Assembly: GCA_019308905.1 (NCBI GenBank)
Contig: JAFDHF010000003.1
Span: 10,282 to 74,281 of the forward strand
DNA: 64,000 nt
Origin: Deltaproteobacteria bacterium
GTDB taxonomy: Bacteria; Desulfobacterota; BSN033; WVXP01
Direction: 5' to 3'
Part shown: one piece after another, positions 46,897-56,701 of the stretch
Layout: every line of letters starts with the position of its first letter
Numbering within the stretch: the first letter of the stretch is position 1
The notes under the pieces: model-generated
Database searches by the model: none
What the model saw: the letters and a program-made list of their open reading frames with translations, nothing else
Told to the model about the DNA's origin: nothing
Program-made: the position numbers and the translations under genes

Positions 46897-47859
46897 ATGC
46901 CTTCGTTTATTTGCGATTTCTTGAAGGAGATCGTCGTCTTGTCCGACGGTGGTGTGACAACCTGCTGCATGGATCCCCTGGGAATGAACCGTTTCGGCAG
47001 CATTTACAGGGACAGCTTTGAAGATATCCAGGCAAGATATATGAGCGTCCGCCGGAGAATAACGAAAGATGTTCTCCTTATGCCCCGATGTTCCAGGTGC
47101 TTCAATAAGATCAAGGAACAAGGCTTTCCCGAGACGGGGACTTACAAGGTCGATCCGGATTCAGCAGAAATCAGGAGGTTTATCGACAGAGGAAGGGACG
47201 ATGTATTTCAGCTCGTGATCGAGCTTTCTTCCAAATGCAACCTCAAGTGTAATGGCTGCATGCAGAGCCGGGTGAATTTTGAAGAATACAGGGCCGATCC
47301 TTTCCTCGACGTCGACTATCTGCAGTCATGGGTGGGCCGATACTGGGGCGAAGTCAAGAAGATACGCCTCTACAATTACGGTGAGACTTTCATGCACCCG
47401 GGGGCACTGGGATTCTGCTCTTTTGTCAAGAAACACGGTCCTGACACCGTGGTTGAGATTGCGACCAACGGAATGCTGCTGGATACGCACGAAAAGAGAA
47501 GGGAAATCGTCTTGTCCGGGGTCGACGATATCGTCTTTTCGATTCACGGAAGCAGCCAAGAGATCATACAGAAGTATATGACCAGGAAGTTCTCTTTTGA
47601 AAAGGTTCTGGATACCTTGAAGGACCTTGCAGCGATCAAGCATGAGCTCGGCTTCTCGAAGCCGAGATTGTTCTGGAAGTATCTCCTCTTTGAATGGAAC
47701 GACTCGGACGAGGAGATAACGAGGGCTAGAACCTTATCCAGGGAAATCGGGCTTGAGGGCGTGATCTTCGGCCTGGTGGGATTTCCGGCCCCTTCAAGAC
47801 GTTTTACACGACACAGCGAAGAGTGGAAACGCCTCGTGAGGGAATCCCAGGCTCTTTGA
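46897..47859 (+). CDS. Radical SAM domain protein
   Basis: SSKCNLKCNGC (CxxxCxxC). An additional N-terminal Cys pair/cluster (TTCCMDP...CSRC). Confidence 0.65.
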   Translation: MPSFICDFLKEIVVLSDGGVTTCCMDPLGMNRFGSIYRDSFEDIQARYMSVRRRITKDVLLMPRCSRCFNKIKEQGFPETGTYKVDPDSAEIRRFIDRGRDDVFQLVIELSSKCNLKCNGCMQSRVNFEEYRADPFLDVDYLQSWVGRYWGEVKKIRLYNYGETFMHPGALGFCSFVKKHGPDTVVEIATNGMLLDTHEKRREIVLSGVDDIVFSIHGSSQEIIQKYMTRKFSFEKVLDTLKDLAAIKHELGFSKPRLFWKYLLFEWNDSDEEITRARTLSREIGLEGVIFGLVGFPAPSRRFTRHSEEWKRLVRESQAL

Positions 47860-47902
47860 GACTAGGTGGCGATTCTCTCAGTTCTTTGTGAAAGGGTAGG
47901 TC

Positions 47903-49057
47903 ATGGAGGAATGGTCTCCGCCGAAGAGATGGAATCCTTTCAACAGCAACAAACTCCTAGCCCAGGTATACCGGTGGCGCCTGATAAAGAGGGGAGCCTC
48001 TCTGCCTCAACCGGTTCTCGTCACGGTCGACCCGATAAACGCATGTAACCTGAGATGCACGTGGTGCAATTCCCGGTTCGTGTTGAGAAATCGGAACGGA
48101 ATGATAGATCGAGAAGCGCTGATGGAAATCGCAGAGGGTCTGGCCCGCTGGCAGGGCAGTCCTGACTGGCCGGCCGGGGTTGAGGCGGTCTGCATCGCGG
48201 GTGGAGGGGAACCTCTCCTGCATCCTGATGTTGGCGCTTTTATCGAATCCTGCATCGACAATGGGATCGAGGTGGGGGTGGTTACCAACGGAGTCAATAT
48301 CGACAGGTTCATCCCCCAGCTCGCCCTCTGCACTTGGGTAGGGGTTTCGGTGGATGCCGGTTCTCGCAAGACGTTCGAATCACTCAAAGGGAGGGACCTT
48401 TTCAACGAGGTCTGCAGGAACATGAGGAGTCTGTCGGACTATCTGTCGCGGAATGCCTGTACCTTAGGCCGCGAAGGCTCGGGCCGGGGGGTGAGCTACA
48501 AGTATCTACTGTACGACGGGAATATCGACGAGGTTTTCGAGGCAGCGAGGATAGCAAAGGAGGTGGGGGCCAAGAACTTTCATCTCCGTCCCGCAGGAAC
48601 CCCGTGGCATCTTCTCCCTGGGAGAAGTGGGTCGGTTTTTCACGGAGATGCCAAGATGAGACTCGGTGAGCAGATTGACAAGGCCCGTGAGCTCGAAGAT
48701 GAAACCTTCGGTGTCTATGCGATTACGCATAAGTTCGGTCCCGAGTTGGAGATCGCGAACAACTTCGACACATGCCATGCTATCTTCATGACAGCGGTTT
48801 TCATGCCGCCGAGGGATGAGAGAAGAGAGAGGTTTTGCGTGAGCTGCTGCTGTGACAGGCGCGGCGACCCCAGGCTGGAGTTTGGAGAATCTCTCAGGGA
48901 ATTCAAACAGGTGGAAGAGTTGTGGGGATCCGAGAAACACTGGCAGATATTCGACCGGATCGATCTGAAAGATTGCCCGCGGTGTACTTACGCACCCCAT
49001 AATCAGATGTTCACCCAGGTCATAGAGAGAGATGACATGACCTATAAGTTCATCTAG
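47903..49057 (+). CDS. Radical SAM / SPASM-domain protein
   Basis: NACNLRCTWC, and a C-terminal CVSCCCDRRG...DCPRCTY Cys cluster. Confidence 0.75.
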   Translation: MEEWSPPKRWNPFNSNKLLAQVYRWRLIKRGASLPQPVLVTVDPINACNLRCTWCNSRFVLRNRNGMIDREALMEIAEGLARWQGSPDWPAGVEAVCIAGGGEPLLHPDVGAFIESCIDNGIEVGVVTNGVNIDRFIPQLALCTWVGVSVDAGSRKTFESLKGRDLFNEVCRNMRSLSDYLSRNACTLGREGSGRGVSYKYLLYDGNIDEVFEAARIAKEVGAKNFHLRPAGTPWHLLPGRSGSVFHGDAKMRLGEQIDKARELEDETFGVYAITHKFGPELEIANNFDTCHAIFMTAVFMPPRDERRERFCVSCCCDRRGDPRLEFGESLREFKQVEELWGSEKHWQIFDRIDLKDCPRCTYAPHNQMFTQVIERDDMTYKFI

Positions 49058-49104
49058 CGGTCACCGAAGAATGCGCCTTTCAAACCCTATCTGGATATGA
49101 GGCT

Positions 49105-49923
49105 ATGGAGAAGGTAAGCATTGTCATTCCGAATTATAACCAGGTGAAATACCTCCCCGCATGTATCGACAGTTGCTATTTTCAAACCTATCCGAATATC
49201 GAGCTGATCATTGTCGACGGGGGGTCGACCGACGGAACAAAAGAATATCTGGCAGGCCTTGAGCAGAGGATCGAAAGCGAGAAGGTCGCTCCTGTACTCT
49301 ATATGGACGGGAACGGAGAGATAGTCTACAAGGAGTGCCTGGCCTACCATGAAGACACCCATGCCGAACATCCGAAACGTGAAATAAAGATATTTTCTTT
49401 TCGTGAAAACCTGGGCAGGACGCGCTCTTATAATGTGGGTTTCAAAGAAGTCACGGGTAGATACTGCACATATGTCGTCGGGGATGACATTGCGCATCCC
49501 CATATGATAGAAGAACTCGTTTCGGCGATAGAGGCAAGTAACGCGGATGTGGTCTATTCCGATTTCAATATAGTCGATGATACAGGGCACATCCTCCGTC
49601 TCGTGCGCAAACCGGACTACGATTTTGAGGAATGTCTTGCCAAGTGGTTCCATCTAGGCGTTTCCCGCCTTCACCGGTCGTCATGGTTCAAAAAAGTGGG
49701 ATTCATGGATGAGGACTTCCGGGTGGCCAACGATTACAGCTTCTTCCTCAAGATGGCCAAAGCCGGGGCGACCTTTCATCACGTCGCGAGGGTCCTGTAT
49801 TCGGTCCGCTTCCACGGTGCCGAAACGGACCTGGAGGAATCTAAGAAGCTCGCTTTAGAGGCAAGGCGATTCATCTGTTCAGGCGGGAGGAAAGAGGAGC
49901 AACTCCACCTTAACGGTGTATAG
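49105..49923 (+). CDS. GT2-family glycosyltransferase
   Basis: VSIVIPNYNQVKYLPACIDSCYFQTYPNIELIIVDGGSTDGT is the GT-A signature. Confidence 0.85.
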   Translation: MEKVSIVIPNYNQVKYLPACIDSCYFQTYPNIELIIVDGGSTDGTKEYLAGLEQRIESEKVAPVLYMDGNGEIVYKECLAYHEDTHAEHPKREIKIFSFRENLGRTRSYNVGFKEVTGRYCTYVVGDDIAHPHMIEELVSAIEASNADVVYSDFNIVDDTGHILRLVRKPDYDFEECLAKWFHLGVSRLHRSSWFKKVGFMDEDFRVANDYSFFLKMAKAGATFHHVARVLYSVRFHGAETDLEESKKLALEARRFICSGGRKEEQLHLNGV

Positions 49924-50998
49924 AGACACGGCAATGACAAGACTGAGAAGACTCGTGATCGAAGTTAGCAATCGATGCAATCTGAGATGCAGGACTTGTA
50001 CGGATAGGCCCCTGAACGGTCCCATTATTCAGCCTGAGGCCTTTGAGGGGATCCTGAAGAAAGTCTCCAGTCCGGATGACATCGAACTTGTCAGGTTTGT
50101 AGGGGCTGGTGAGACATTACTGGTACCCTATTTTGACGAAATGGTCGCCAGGGCGACCAAGGCGTTTCAAGACACGGAGGTGAACTTCTTCACCAACGGG
50201 ATGCTACTGGAACACAGGCTGGTAGAATCCCTTCTAAGACGGAACGTGAGGGCATACATCACCCTATCGATGGATGCCGCTACACCTCATGTGTTCGAGT
50301 ACATCAGGCGAGGGGCTTCTTTCGACAGGATTCTAAAGAACATAGAGAATATCGGCAAACTGAAAGAGGACTATGGCTCCAGATATCCTGTATTGAAAAT
50401 CAACTTCACCATGTTGAAGCACAACGTCAAAGAGATTCCCAAGATGGTCAAATTAGCCAGTGATCTCAACATCGCGGAGATCGTATTCTCGCAGATGGGA
50501 GTCAATGAATCGATTGAATTCGCGAGGATCGACCAGCATCCATTCTATGGAGACAACAGGAAAGCAACCAAACAGGCCCTGCTGGAGGCGCGGGAGTTGG
50601 CACAAGCCTGTGGAGTCGTAGTCACCGCCACGTGGCCACAGGTTTTCGGTTGGACGGAACAGTACTCGGACCGGCACGAACTCGCAGAAGGACTGGGTGT
50701 GGAGTTGAGATATGAACCGTGTGTGTGGGCATTGTCGGCTTTACTGGTGAACATCAGGGGGGACGTATATCCCTGTTGCCGGCACAGTACCGCGTTTGGA
50801 AACATCAAGGATCGCGATGACCTGATCGCTCTGTTCGATTCGGATGAGGCGGAGAGCCTGAGACACAGGTTGTTGAACGGACAGGCCGTAAGGGAATGTG
50901 ACAACTGCATCTGGTACAACCGCTATTCGTTCAGGCATGATAATGAGTACTATTGGATATCGGAAAGCATGTTCGGCAACACAGTCAACATACGATGA
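49916..50998 (+). CDS. Radical SAM / SPASM-domain protein (paralog of 37756-38964)
   Basis: VSNRCNLRCRTC, and a C-terminal Cys cluster (CVWAL...YPCCRHS...CDNCIWY). Collinear similarity to the 37756 gene product. Confidence 0.75.
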   Translation: MYRDTAMTRLRRLVIEVSNRCNLRCRTCTDRPLNGPIIQPEAFEGILKKVSSPDDIELVRFVGAGETLLVPYFDEMVARATKAFQDTEVNFFTNGMLLEHRLVESLLRRNVRAYITLSMDAATPHVFEYIRRGASFDRILKNIENIGKLKEDYGSRYPVLKINFTMLKHNVKEIPKMVKLASDLNIAEIVFSQMGVNESIEFARIDQHPFYGDNRKATKQALLEARELAQACGVVVTATWPQVFGWTEQYSDRHELAEGLGVELRYEPCVWALSALLVNIRGDVYPCCRHSTAFGNIKDRDDLIALFDSDEAESLRHRLLNGQAVRECDNCIWYNRYSFRHDNEYYWISESMFGNTVNIR

Positions 50999-51073
50999 AT
51001 GGAGTTTTGTCCCGCCCCGTGGTGCCGGACCTGTGTGATCAGGCGGGAATAGGATTTGCTTCGCTTCGGAATC

Positions 51074-52627
51074 ATGGAGACCGTGGAGACGGATGTGCTC
51101 GTTATCGGGGCGGGTGCTGCCGGAATTCGCGCGGCCCTGGCCGCTTCAGAGCGTGGGAGTAAAGTGGTCGTCGTTGCCAAGGGCGGCCTGACGCACTGCG
51201 GCTCCACGTTTTCCCCGCTTTCCGAGGGGTGGGGATTCCAGGCTCTGATCGGTGCGGAGAGGACGGAAGCGAATCTCGAGGCCTTCTTCGACGATATTGT
51301 TCGAGTGGGCCTGGGGCGGTGTAACGAGGGGCTGGCCCGCCTTCTCGTTGAGGAATCGGGCCCGCGTTTTGAGGATCTGGTCGCCCACGGACTGGAATTC
51401 AGAAAGGATTCCCAGGGGCGCTACCTGCGGGTGAGAGGCTGTTTCAGCGACCACGAACGTGCTTTCGTAACGGATCCTTCCAGGAGCATGAAAGGGGTGT
51501 TCGGGCGGATTCTGGAGCGTTCCCGTGCCCTGCTCATCACGGGCTGCGCGGCAGAGTTGATCGTGGAGGACGGGAATTGTTGGGGAGCCTGGATTCTCAC
51601 ACAAGGGGAAGAACTGCTAAGGATGCGTGCGAGAGCGACGATTCTGGCCACAGGTGGCGGAGCCGGTATCTTCCGGGACAACCTGGTCAGCGACGGCCAG
51701 ATCGGTGACGGGTATGCTCTGGCCCACAGAGCAGGAGCGGAGTTGAGAAACCTCGAGTTTGTCCAGTTCATGCTGGGCCTGACCGAGAACGGGGGGCGCC
51801 GTTTCCTCCCCCTTTCGGACTTGGACAGGGCGGGTGTCTTGACCGATTATGAGGGCAATGACCTCCTCGAGCTGACTATGCCGAACCCCCGGGCAAGGGC
51901 TGAGGCGGTCCGCCAGCGGCAGAAGCACGCCCCCTTCAGTTCTCGCGACGAATCGTACCTGATCGATGTTGCCGTGGCTCGGAGCCTCAAAGGGAGGAAG
52001 GAGATCTTCTGGCGTGGAGACCCCGGGAGGAGGGGCCAGGAGATGTGCAGGGTCCGGCATTTCGCCCATGCCTTCAACGGCGGCATCGAGATCGACGAGA
52101 GGGCGGAGTCGACGATCCCCGGCCTCTTTGCCGCGGGTGAAGTGGCGGCCGGCCCTCATGGAGCGGATCGTATCGGCGGGTGCATGATGACTGCTACACA
52201 GGTCTTCGGTGAGAGAGCCGGACGTGAAGCGGCCCGAAGGGCAATGTCACTGAAAGACGTGAGCTTTCCGGATTCTGTGGCAGGAGGCGATATCGAGTGG
52301 GCGAAACGGACGGCCGGGATGGGTACTGCCAAGCCTCCTCGCGCTATCGGATCCGGGATCAGGGAGGCGGTGAATAGATACTCCATGGTTCTGAGGTCGA
52401 AAAAAGGGCTGGAAAGGTGCGGAGAGATTCTCCATGATTCCCAACAGGAGCTTACGAGAATGAGGAGGGCAGGACAGATCTCGCCGGGAAGATTCTTTGA
52501 GATGCGAAATATGATTCTCACGGCCATGCTGGTCACAGAAGCCGCGCTTGACAGGGATAGAAGCCTCGGTCCCCACTTCAGGGAAGATACCGCCATGATT
52601 CGAGAAAAGGAGCGGGCCGGGCTCTAA
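51074..52627 (+). CDS. FAD-binding oxidoreductase (succinate DH/fumarate reductase/L-aspartate oxidase flavoprotein-like)
   Basis: METVETDVLVIGAGAAGIRAALAA is the FAD_binding_2 N-terminus. ...ADRIGGCMMTATQVFGERAG is the active-site region. A TTG at 51056 is an alternative start. Confidence 0.75.
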   Translation: METVETDVLVIGAGAAGIRAALAASERGSKVVVVAKGGLTHCGSTFSPLSEGWGFQALIGAERTEANLEAFFDDIVRVGLGRCNEGLARLLVEESGPRFEDLVAHGLEFRKDSQGRYLRVRGCFSDHERAFVTDPSRSMKGVFGRILERSRALLITGCAAELIVEDGNCWGAWILTQGEELLRMRARATILATGGGAGIFRDNLVSDGQIGDGYALAHRAGAELRNLEFVQFMLGLTENGGRRFLPLSDLDRAGVLTDYEGNDLLELTMPNPRARAEAVRQRQKHAPFSSRDESYLIDVAVARSLKGRKEIFWRGDPGRRGQEMCRVRHFAHAFNGGIEIDERAESTIPGLFAAGEVAAGPHGADRIGGCMMTATQVFGERAGREAARRAMSLKDVSFPDSVAGGDIEWAKRTAGMGTAKPPRAIGSGIREAVNRYSMVLRSKKGLERCGEILHDSQQELTRMRRAGQISPGRFFEMRNMILTAMLVTEAALDRDRSLGPHFREDTAMIREKERAGL

Positions 52628-52634
52628 CGAGAGG

Positions 52635-55049
52635 GTGATGAATCTGGAACTGCTGGCCATAGAGTATTCCTCCCGTATGGCGAAGAGGTGGTATCTCCAT
52701 CCTGATTTCGCCTCTATCGGGTTGTACGAGGGCGTCCATCTCGGAGAGTGCAGCGAGTACACGGTATTCCGTGAGTTGATGCGGATTGTCAAGTTCAAGC
52801 TCCTGACCTGCCGGCCCGGTGGCCCAGGAGCCCTGCCGCCGGAAAGCATGGAAGGGCCGTCACTGAGAAAGGCAAGGCAATCCCGCCTGCTCTCTTTCGA
52901 ACAATTGGCCGCCTCTGCTCGCATCACAGACCAGGATTCGCCAAGGCCCGCCATCCTCCTCAGCGTTCGAGCCCAGAATCTGGCCCTCGCCCGTGCCCTG
53001 GACAGCAGCGGTGTTTTCGACCTCGTTGTCGAGGGCAACAGAGAAGCCATATCCCGGCCCCTGATCCGGAACGGGATCGACTACGAGAGATTCGAAGACT
53101 TCCTCACCCCTGAGATAAGGCTCGCGTGTGAGGCAAGGTTTGCGGCTCTCATGCCCCTTTGGATGGAGGCCGTTGAAGGTAAGTCCTTCCAGGCCCAGTT
53201 TTCATTGGGAGAGACGAGCCTTTTCCCTGAAATCGGGGACAGCCTCCGGAACCTCTTTCAAGGGGAGTTCCTGCAAGAGGCGCTGTACATCGAAACCCTC
53301 AAGCATCTTGTCCGGCAGCGGCGGCTCGTGATGGTTCTGGTCTGGAATGACAGCCTGCCCCTTCACAGGGCACTGGTGCTCTTTGCACAGGAAGCCGGGG
53401 TCCCGGTGCTCCACGTTGCTCACGCGATTTACGGAATGGAACCTACAAACGAAGTCGTCTATGCCGACAGAATCGCCGTTTACGGGGACCACAGCAAGGA
53501 GCTCTATGTGGGGAGGGGAAATCCACCCGAAAAGGTGGTCGTTACCGGGAACCCGGACTGGGACAAGTACAAGTACCTGCACACGGTACTGAGTAGAGCC
53601 GAAGTCTGCCGATCCCTCGGGCTTGACCGGAGAAAACGGATCGTCCTGTTTGCTACGTTCTTTGTTGCCGGTCCCATGGCGGCGGCAGACTCTTCGCTGC
53701 CGAAGAGGTTCTTCCAGACTCTCCTCAGGTCGATAAAGCGGCTAGGGTCTCGGTATCAGATGCAGCTCGCAGTCAAACTCCACCCGGCCGAACGGGACAG
53801 GGGATCCTGGTACCGGAGGATTGCAGCCCAAGAGGATATGGGAGACGTGGTGGTCGAAGCAGGCCATTTGGAAGAACTCCTCTTTGTCAGTGATCTTCTC
53901 ATATGTCGGGGATCGAACATCGGTTTCGAGGCCCTCTTGCTGGGCAAGCCCGTCATTTCCTATGGTTTGCCTGTGCGAGGCGAGGAAGAGGCGGTGACGA
54001 TCGTCAAAGACTCTTCCGAACTCACCCGTGCGATCGAAAAGAGCCTTTTTGACTATACCTACCGGGAAGCACTGGAGAAGAAAAGAGAAAAAGCAATATA
54101 CAGATTTAATTACCTGTGGGATGGCAGGGCAACCCATCGGGTGCTGGGTCTGATCGAGGAGATGACCGGTATCGATATAAGGATTCCGGATGACTTTGTT
54201 CCATTCACCCTCTCCGGATCTGGAGGAGTGGGGGATGACGGCAAACCGAAAGAAGAGTTCGGAGCGCCCTTGCTGGAGGAGGGTGACTACGCCGATGCCA
54301 GAGGAGAGTTTGAAAAAGCATTGGACATCTATCGGACGGCTCAGAAGATGTATCCATCCTCGCCGGAGCTTCTCAAACGGCTCGGCAGGACCCTGCTCAA
54401 GACCGGGCGCCTTGATGAAGGGATGGAAAGTCTGAGTGCCCTTATCCGGATAGACCCTGAAAACATGGAAGGCCATCTGCTGATGGCCCTGGCTTTGTAT
54501 TCCCAGGGAAGGCACTCCTCGGCGTTGAATCACCTGAGGTCGGTCCTCGGTTCGAAGCGGTCCACAGAGGAAGAGCGGAGATTGGCTTACCTTCACACCG
54601 GACGGTGCAAGAGGGCGATGGGGGACCTCGAAGGTGCAGAGGACGGCTACCGGGAGTGCCTTCTGCTTGACCCTGATTCAAGAGAGATCCTAAAGGAACT
54701 AGGCAGTCTCTATTTTGAAACGGCAAGATTCGACCTGGCACACAGTGCTCTTCGTAGAGTTGTCGCAGAGGATCCGGGTGATACAGAGGCACTCAGTGAT
54801 TTGGGGGTCGTGCTCTTTCACATGGGGGAGGTTGAAGAGGGAAAGTCATACCTGAGAAAGGCTCTGGAGCGAGACCCGGACCGCTTCGAAACCATGGCCA
54901 ATCTGGCGGAGGTCGAAAGAGCGGAGGGACACCTCGAGAACGCTCTGGCCCTTGTAGGTAGATTCCTCGAGAGAAATCCCGATATGGAGAGGGCACGGCG
55001 GATATACGATGAGCTCCATGCAGAAAGTTCTGGTGATTCAACTGGCTAG
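52635..55049 (+). CDS. GT-B-like transferase (KLHP/HP-motif, CMP-sugar-type candidate) with C-terminal TPR repeats
   Basis: Central ...HVAHAIYG...VVVTGNPDWDKY...AVKLHPAERD... resembles the capsule-synthesis/sialyl-type HP motif. The C-terminal 250 aa are TPR repeats. Confidence 0.5.
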   Translation: MMNLELLAIEYSSRMAKRWYLHPDFASIGLYEGVHLGECSEYTVFRELMRIVKFKLLTCRPGGPGALPPESMEGPSLRKARQSRLLSFEQLAASARITDQDSPRPAILLSVRAQNLALARALDSSGVFDLVVEGNREAISRPLIRNGIDYERFEDFLTPEIRLACEARFAALMPLWMEAVEGKSFQAQFSLGETSLFPEIGDSLRNLFQGEFLQEALYIETLKHLVRQRRLVMVLVWNDSLPLHRALVLFAQEAGVPVLHVAHAIYGMEPTNEVVYADRIAVYGDHSKELYVGRGNPPEKVVVTGNPDWDKYKYLHTVLSRAEVCRSLGLDRRKRIVLFATFFVAGPMAAADSSLPKRFFQTLLRSIKRLGSRYQMQLAVKLHPAERDRGSWYRRIAAQEDMGDVVVEAGHLEELLFVSDLLICRGSNIGFEALLLGKPVISYGLPVRGEEEAVTIVKDSSELTRAIEKSLFDYTYREALEKKREKAIYRFNYLWDGRATHRVLGLIEEMTGIDIRIPDDFVPFTLSGSGGVGDDGKPKEEFGAPLLEEGDYADARGEFEKALDIYRTAQKMYPSSPELLKRLGRTLLKTGRLDEGMESLSALIRIDPENMEGHLLMALALYSQGRHSSALNHLRSVLGSKRSTEEERRLAYLHTGRCKRAMGDLEGAEDGYRECLLLDPDSREILKELGSLYFETARFDLAHSALRRVVAEDPGDTEALSDLGVVLFHMGEVEEGKSYLRKALERDPDRFETMANLAEVERAEGHLENALALVGRFLERNPDMERARRIYDELHAESSGDSTG

Positions 55050-56685
55050 AATGGGGGACGTCCTCCAATCATCGGCGCTCGTCCAGGGCATCAGGGAGAA
55101 GAACCCGGATGCCATGGTCACCTTTCTGACAAGTGAGAAGACAAGGGACGTGGCCAGCAGTATAGGTGGTGTTGACGACGTCATCAGTCTCGATTTTGGC
55201 CAGGCTTCAGGCATTGCAAGTGACCGAGAGGCCGGGCTGTCGGAAAGGTACCGTCGCCTGTCGTCCCTCTTGAATGATCTCAAAGGGAGATGTTTTGATC
55301 TTGTCTATAATCTCAACTACTCGTGTGTGAACACCGGTCTGATGAACCTGATCCGCTACAGAAGAGCCCTCTGTTACAGCCTCGACACCAGCAGGAGGCA
55401 GATCGTGAAGAGCCCGTGGCTCAGCTACCTGTTGAGCATGCTGGGAGACAGACGGCTCAACCTGTTCAATCTCGTCGATCTGTATCTTAGGGGATCTGGA
55501 CTTTCCGTTCGGAAACCCTCCCTCTCTTTCCAGTTGGACAGAAGGGCCATGGACTCAGTCGACCGGTTCCTCACCGGGCAGGGTATCCAGCACCGGGAAC
55601 GGTTGGTGGGGTTCCAACTGGGGGCAGGCGACTCGGTCAGGTGTTGGCCCGTTGATTCCTACAGGGTTCTGGCAGATCGGTTGATCCGGAGACGGGGTGT
55701 GAGGATTCTCCTTTTCGGCACCTCCTCTGAGACGCCCCAGGCAGAGGCGCTGAAGGCGTGTTTCACGGCAGAAGGGACGGACCCGACCCGCAGGGGACTG
55801 GTCATCGATCTCGTTGGGAAGACCAGCACCAGGGAGCTGGCCTGCTTCTTGAGGCGTTGCGACCTCCTCGTAACGCCGGATACGGGCACCATGCACCTTG
55901 CCTGCGCCGTCGGCACCAGGGTTCTCGCACTTTTCATGGGATCGGCATTTCCCCATGAGACCGGCCCTTATGGCACGAATCACTTCGTTCTCCGACCGGT
56001 GCTTCCTTGCTATCCCTGTTTTGAGGGGGGGCCTTCCTGCACCAGTCAGGAGTGCAAGAGACTGATCCGGCCCGAGAAGGTGGCCCTCGTGGTGGAGAGA
56101 CTCCTGGCCGGGAACAACGGGGATCTGGAAAAGGGAGTGTCTGACTTCCTCGATTCGAACCTGATCCTTCTCCGCTCGGCAATGACACCCGATTGCGTCG
56201 GGTACAGCAGGGTCTGCCAAAGCACCGCTTCTCTTGAGGACGTCTTTGCCCTCGCATACCGCGCCATGTGGCAGGGCGTGCTCGATGAGGACCGGATCTG
56301 TGACTCCTCCGGGCAGGCGAATGTCCTGGAAGCTCTCGCCGTGCCTTTGCACGGTGGAGACCTGGTCGGTGATTTGAAGGAGGCCGAAAGGGATTTTGAC
56401 AGACTTCAAAGGATGCTCGCGGCCTACGGTGCATCGATGCGGGGTGGAAATGGCCCGTCGGGCCCAGACTTGAACCTCATGGCGGCCACCCTGAGATCAG
56501 AGGAGGACAAGAGGAGTAGGTGGGCAAAGCCGATACCGCGTTTCTTCGACGTGGAGTATGCCAATATCCGACTCTCCGGGAGAGATGTCAACAGGCGGGT
56601 GGAGAGACTGGTGGGAGGGCTTGCCTGGGGGGCCGGCTTCATGAAGGCCTTTGTCAGGCGGTTAGTGAGAACTCTCTCTTCCTGA
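55009..56685 (+). CDS. GT9-like (heptosyltransferase-fold) glycosyltransferase with C-terminal extension
   Basis: KVLVIQLARMGDVLQSSALVQGIREKNPDAMVTFL and TPDTGTMHLACAVGTRVLALF match the GT9 N-terminal and nucleotide-sugar-binding motifs. Confidence 0.7.
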   Translation: MSSMQKVLVIQLARMGDVLQSSALVQGIREKNPDAMVTFLTSEKTRDVASSIGGVDDVISLDFGQASGIASDREAGLSERYRRLSSLLNDLKGRCFDLVYNLNYSCVNTGLMNLIRYRRALCYSLDTSRRQIVKSPWLSYLLSMLGDRRLNLFNLVDLYLRGSGLSVRKPSLSFQLDRRAMDSVDRFLTGQGIQHRERLVGFQLGAGDSVRCWPVDSYRVLADRLIRRRGVRILLFGTSSETPQAEALKACFTAEGTDPTRRGLVIDLVGKTSTRELACFLRRCDLLVTPDTGTMHLACAVGTRVLALFMGSAFPHETGPYGTNHFVLRPVLPCYPCFEGGPSCTSQECKRLIRPEKVALVVERLLAGNNGDLEKGVSDFLDSNLILLRSAMTPDCVGYSRVCQSTASLEDVFALAYRAMWQGVLDEDRICDSSGQANVLEALAVPLHGGDLVGDLKEAERDFDRLQRMLAAYGASMRGGNGPSGPDLNLMAATLRSEEDKRSRWAKPIPRFFDVEYANIRLSGRDVNRRVERLVGGLAWGAGFMKAFVRRLVRTLSS

Positions 56686-56701
56686 GAAGGGATAGCGAGC
56701 C

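Noticed and set aside
37756-50998. Possibility that the SPASM radical SAM genes mark a RiPP (peptide natural product) cluster
   Set aside because: No short precursor-peptide-like ORF with a leader/core organisation was found adjacent to any of them. All neighbours are sugar-modifying enzymes, so the genes are kept as part of the glycan island. A cryptic precursor ORF cannot be fully excluded.
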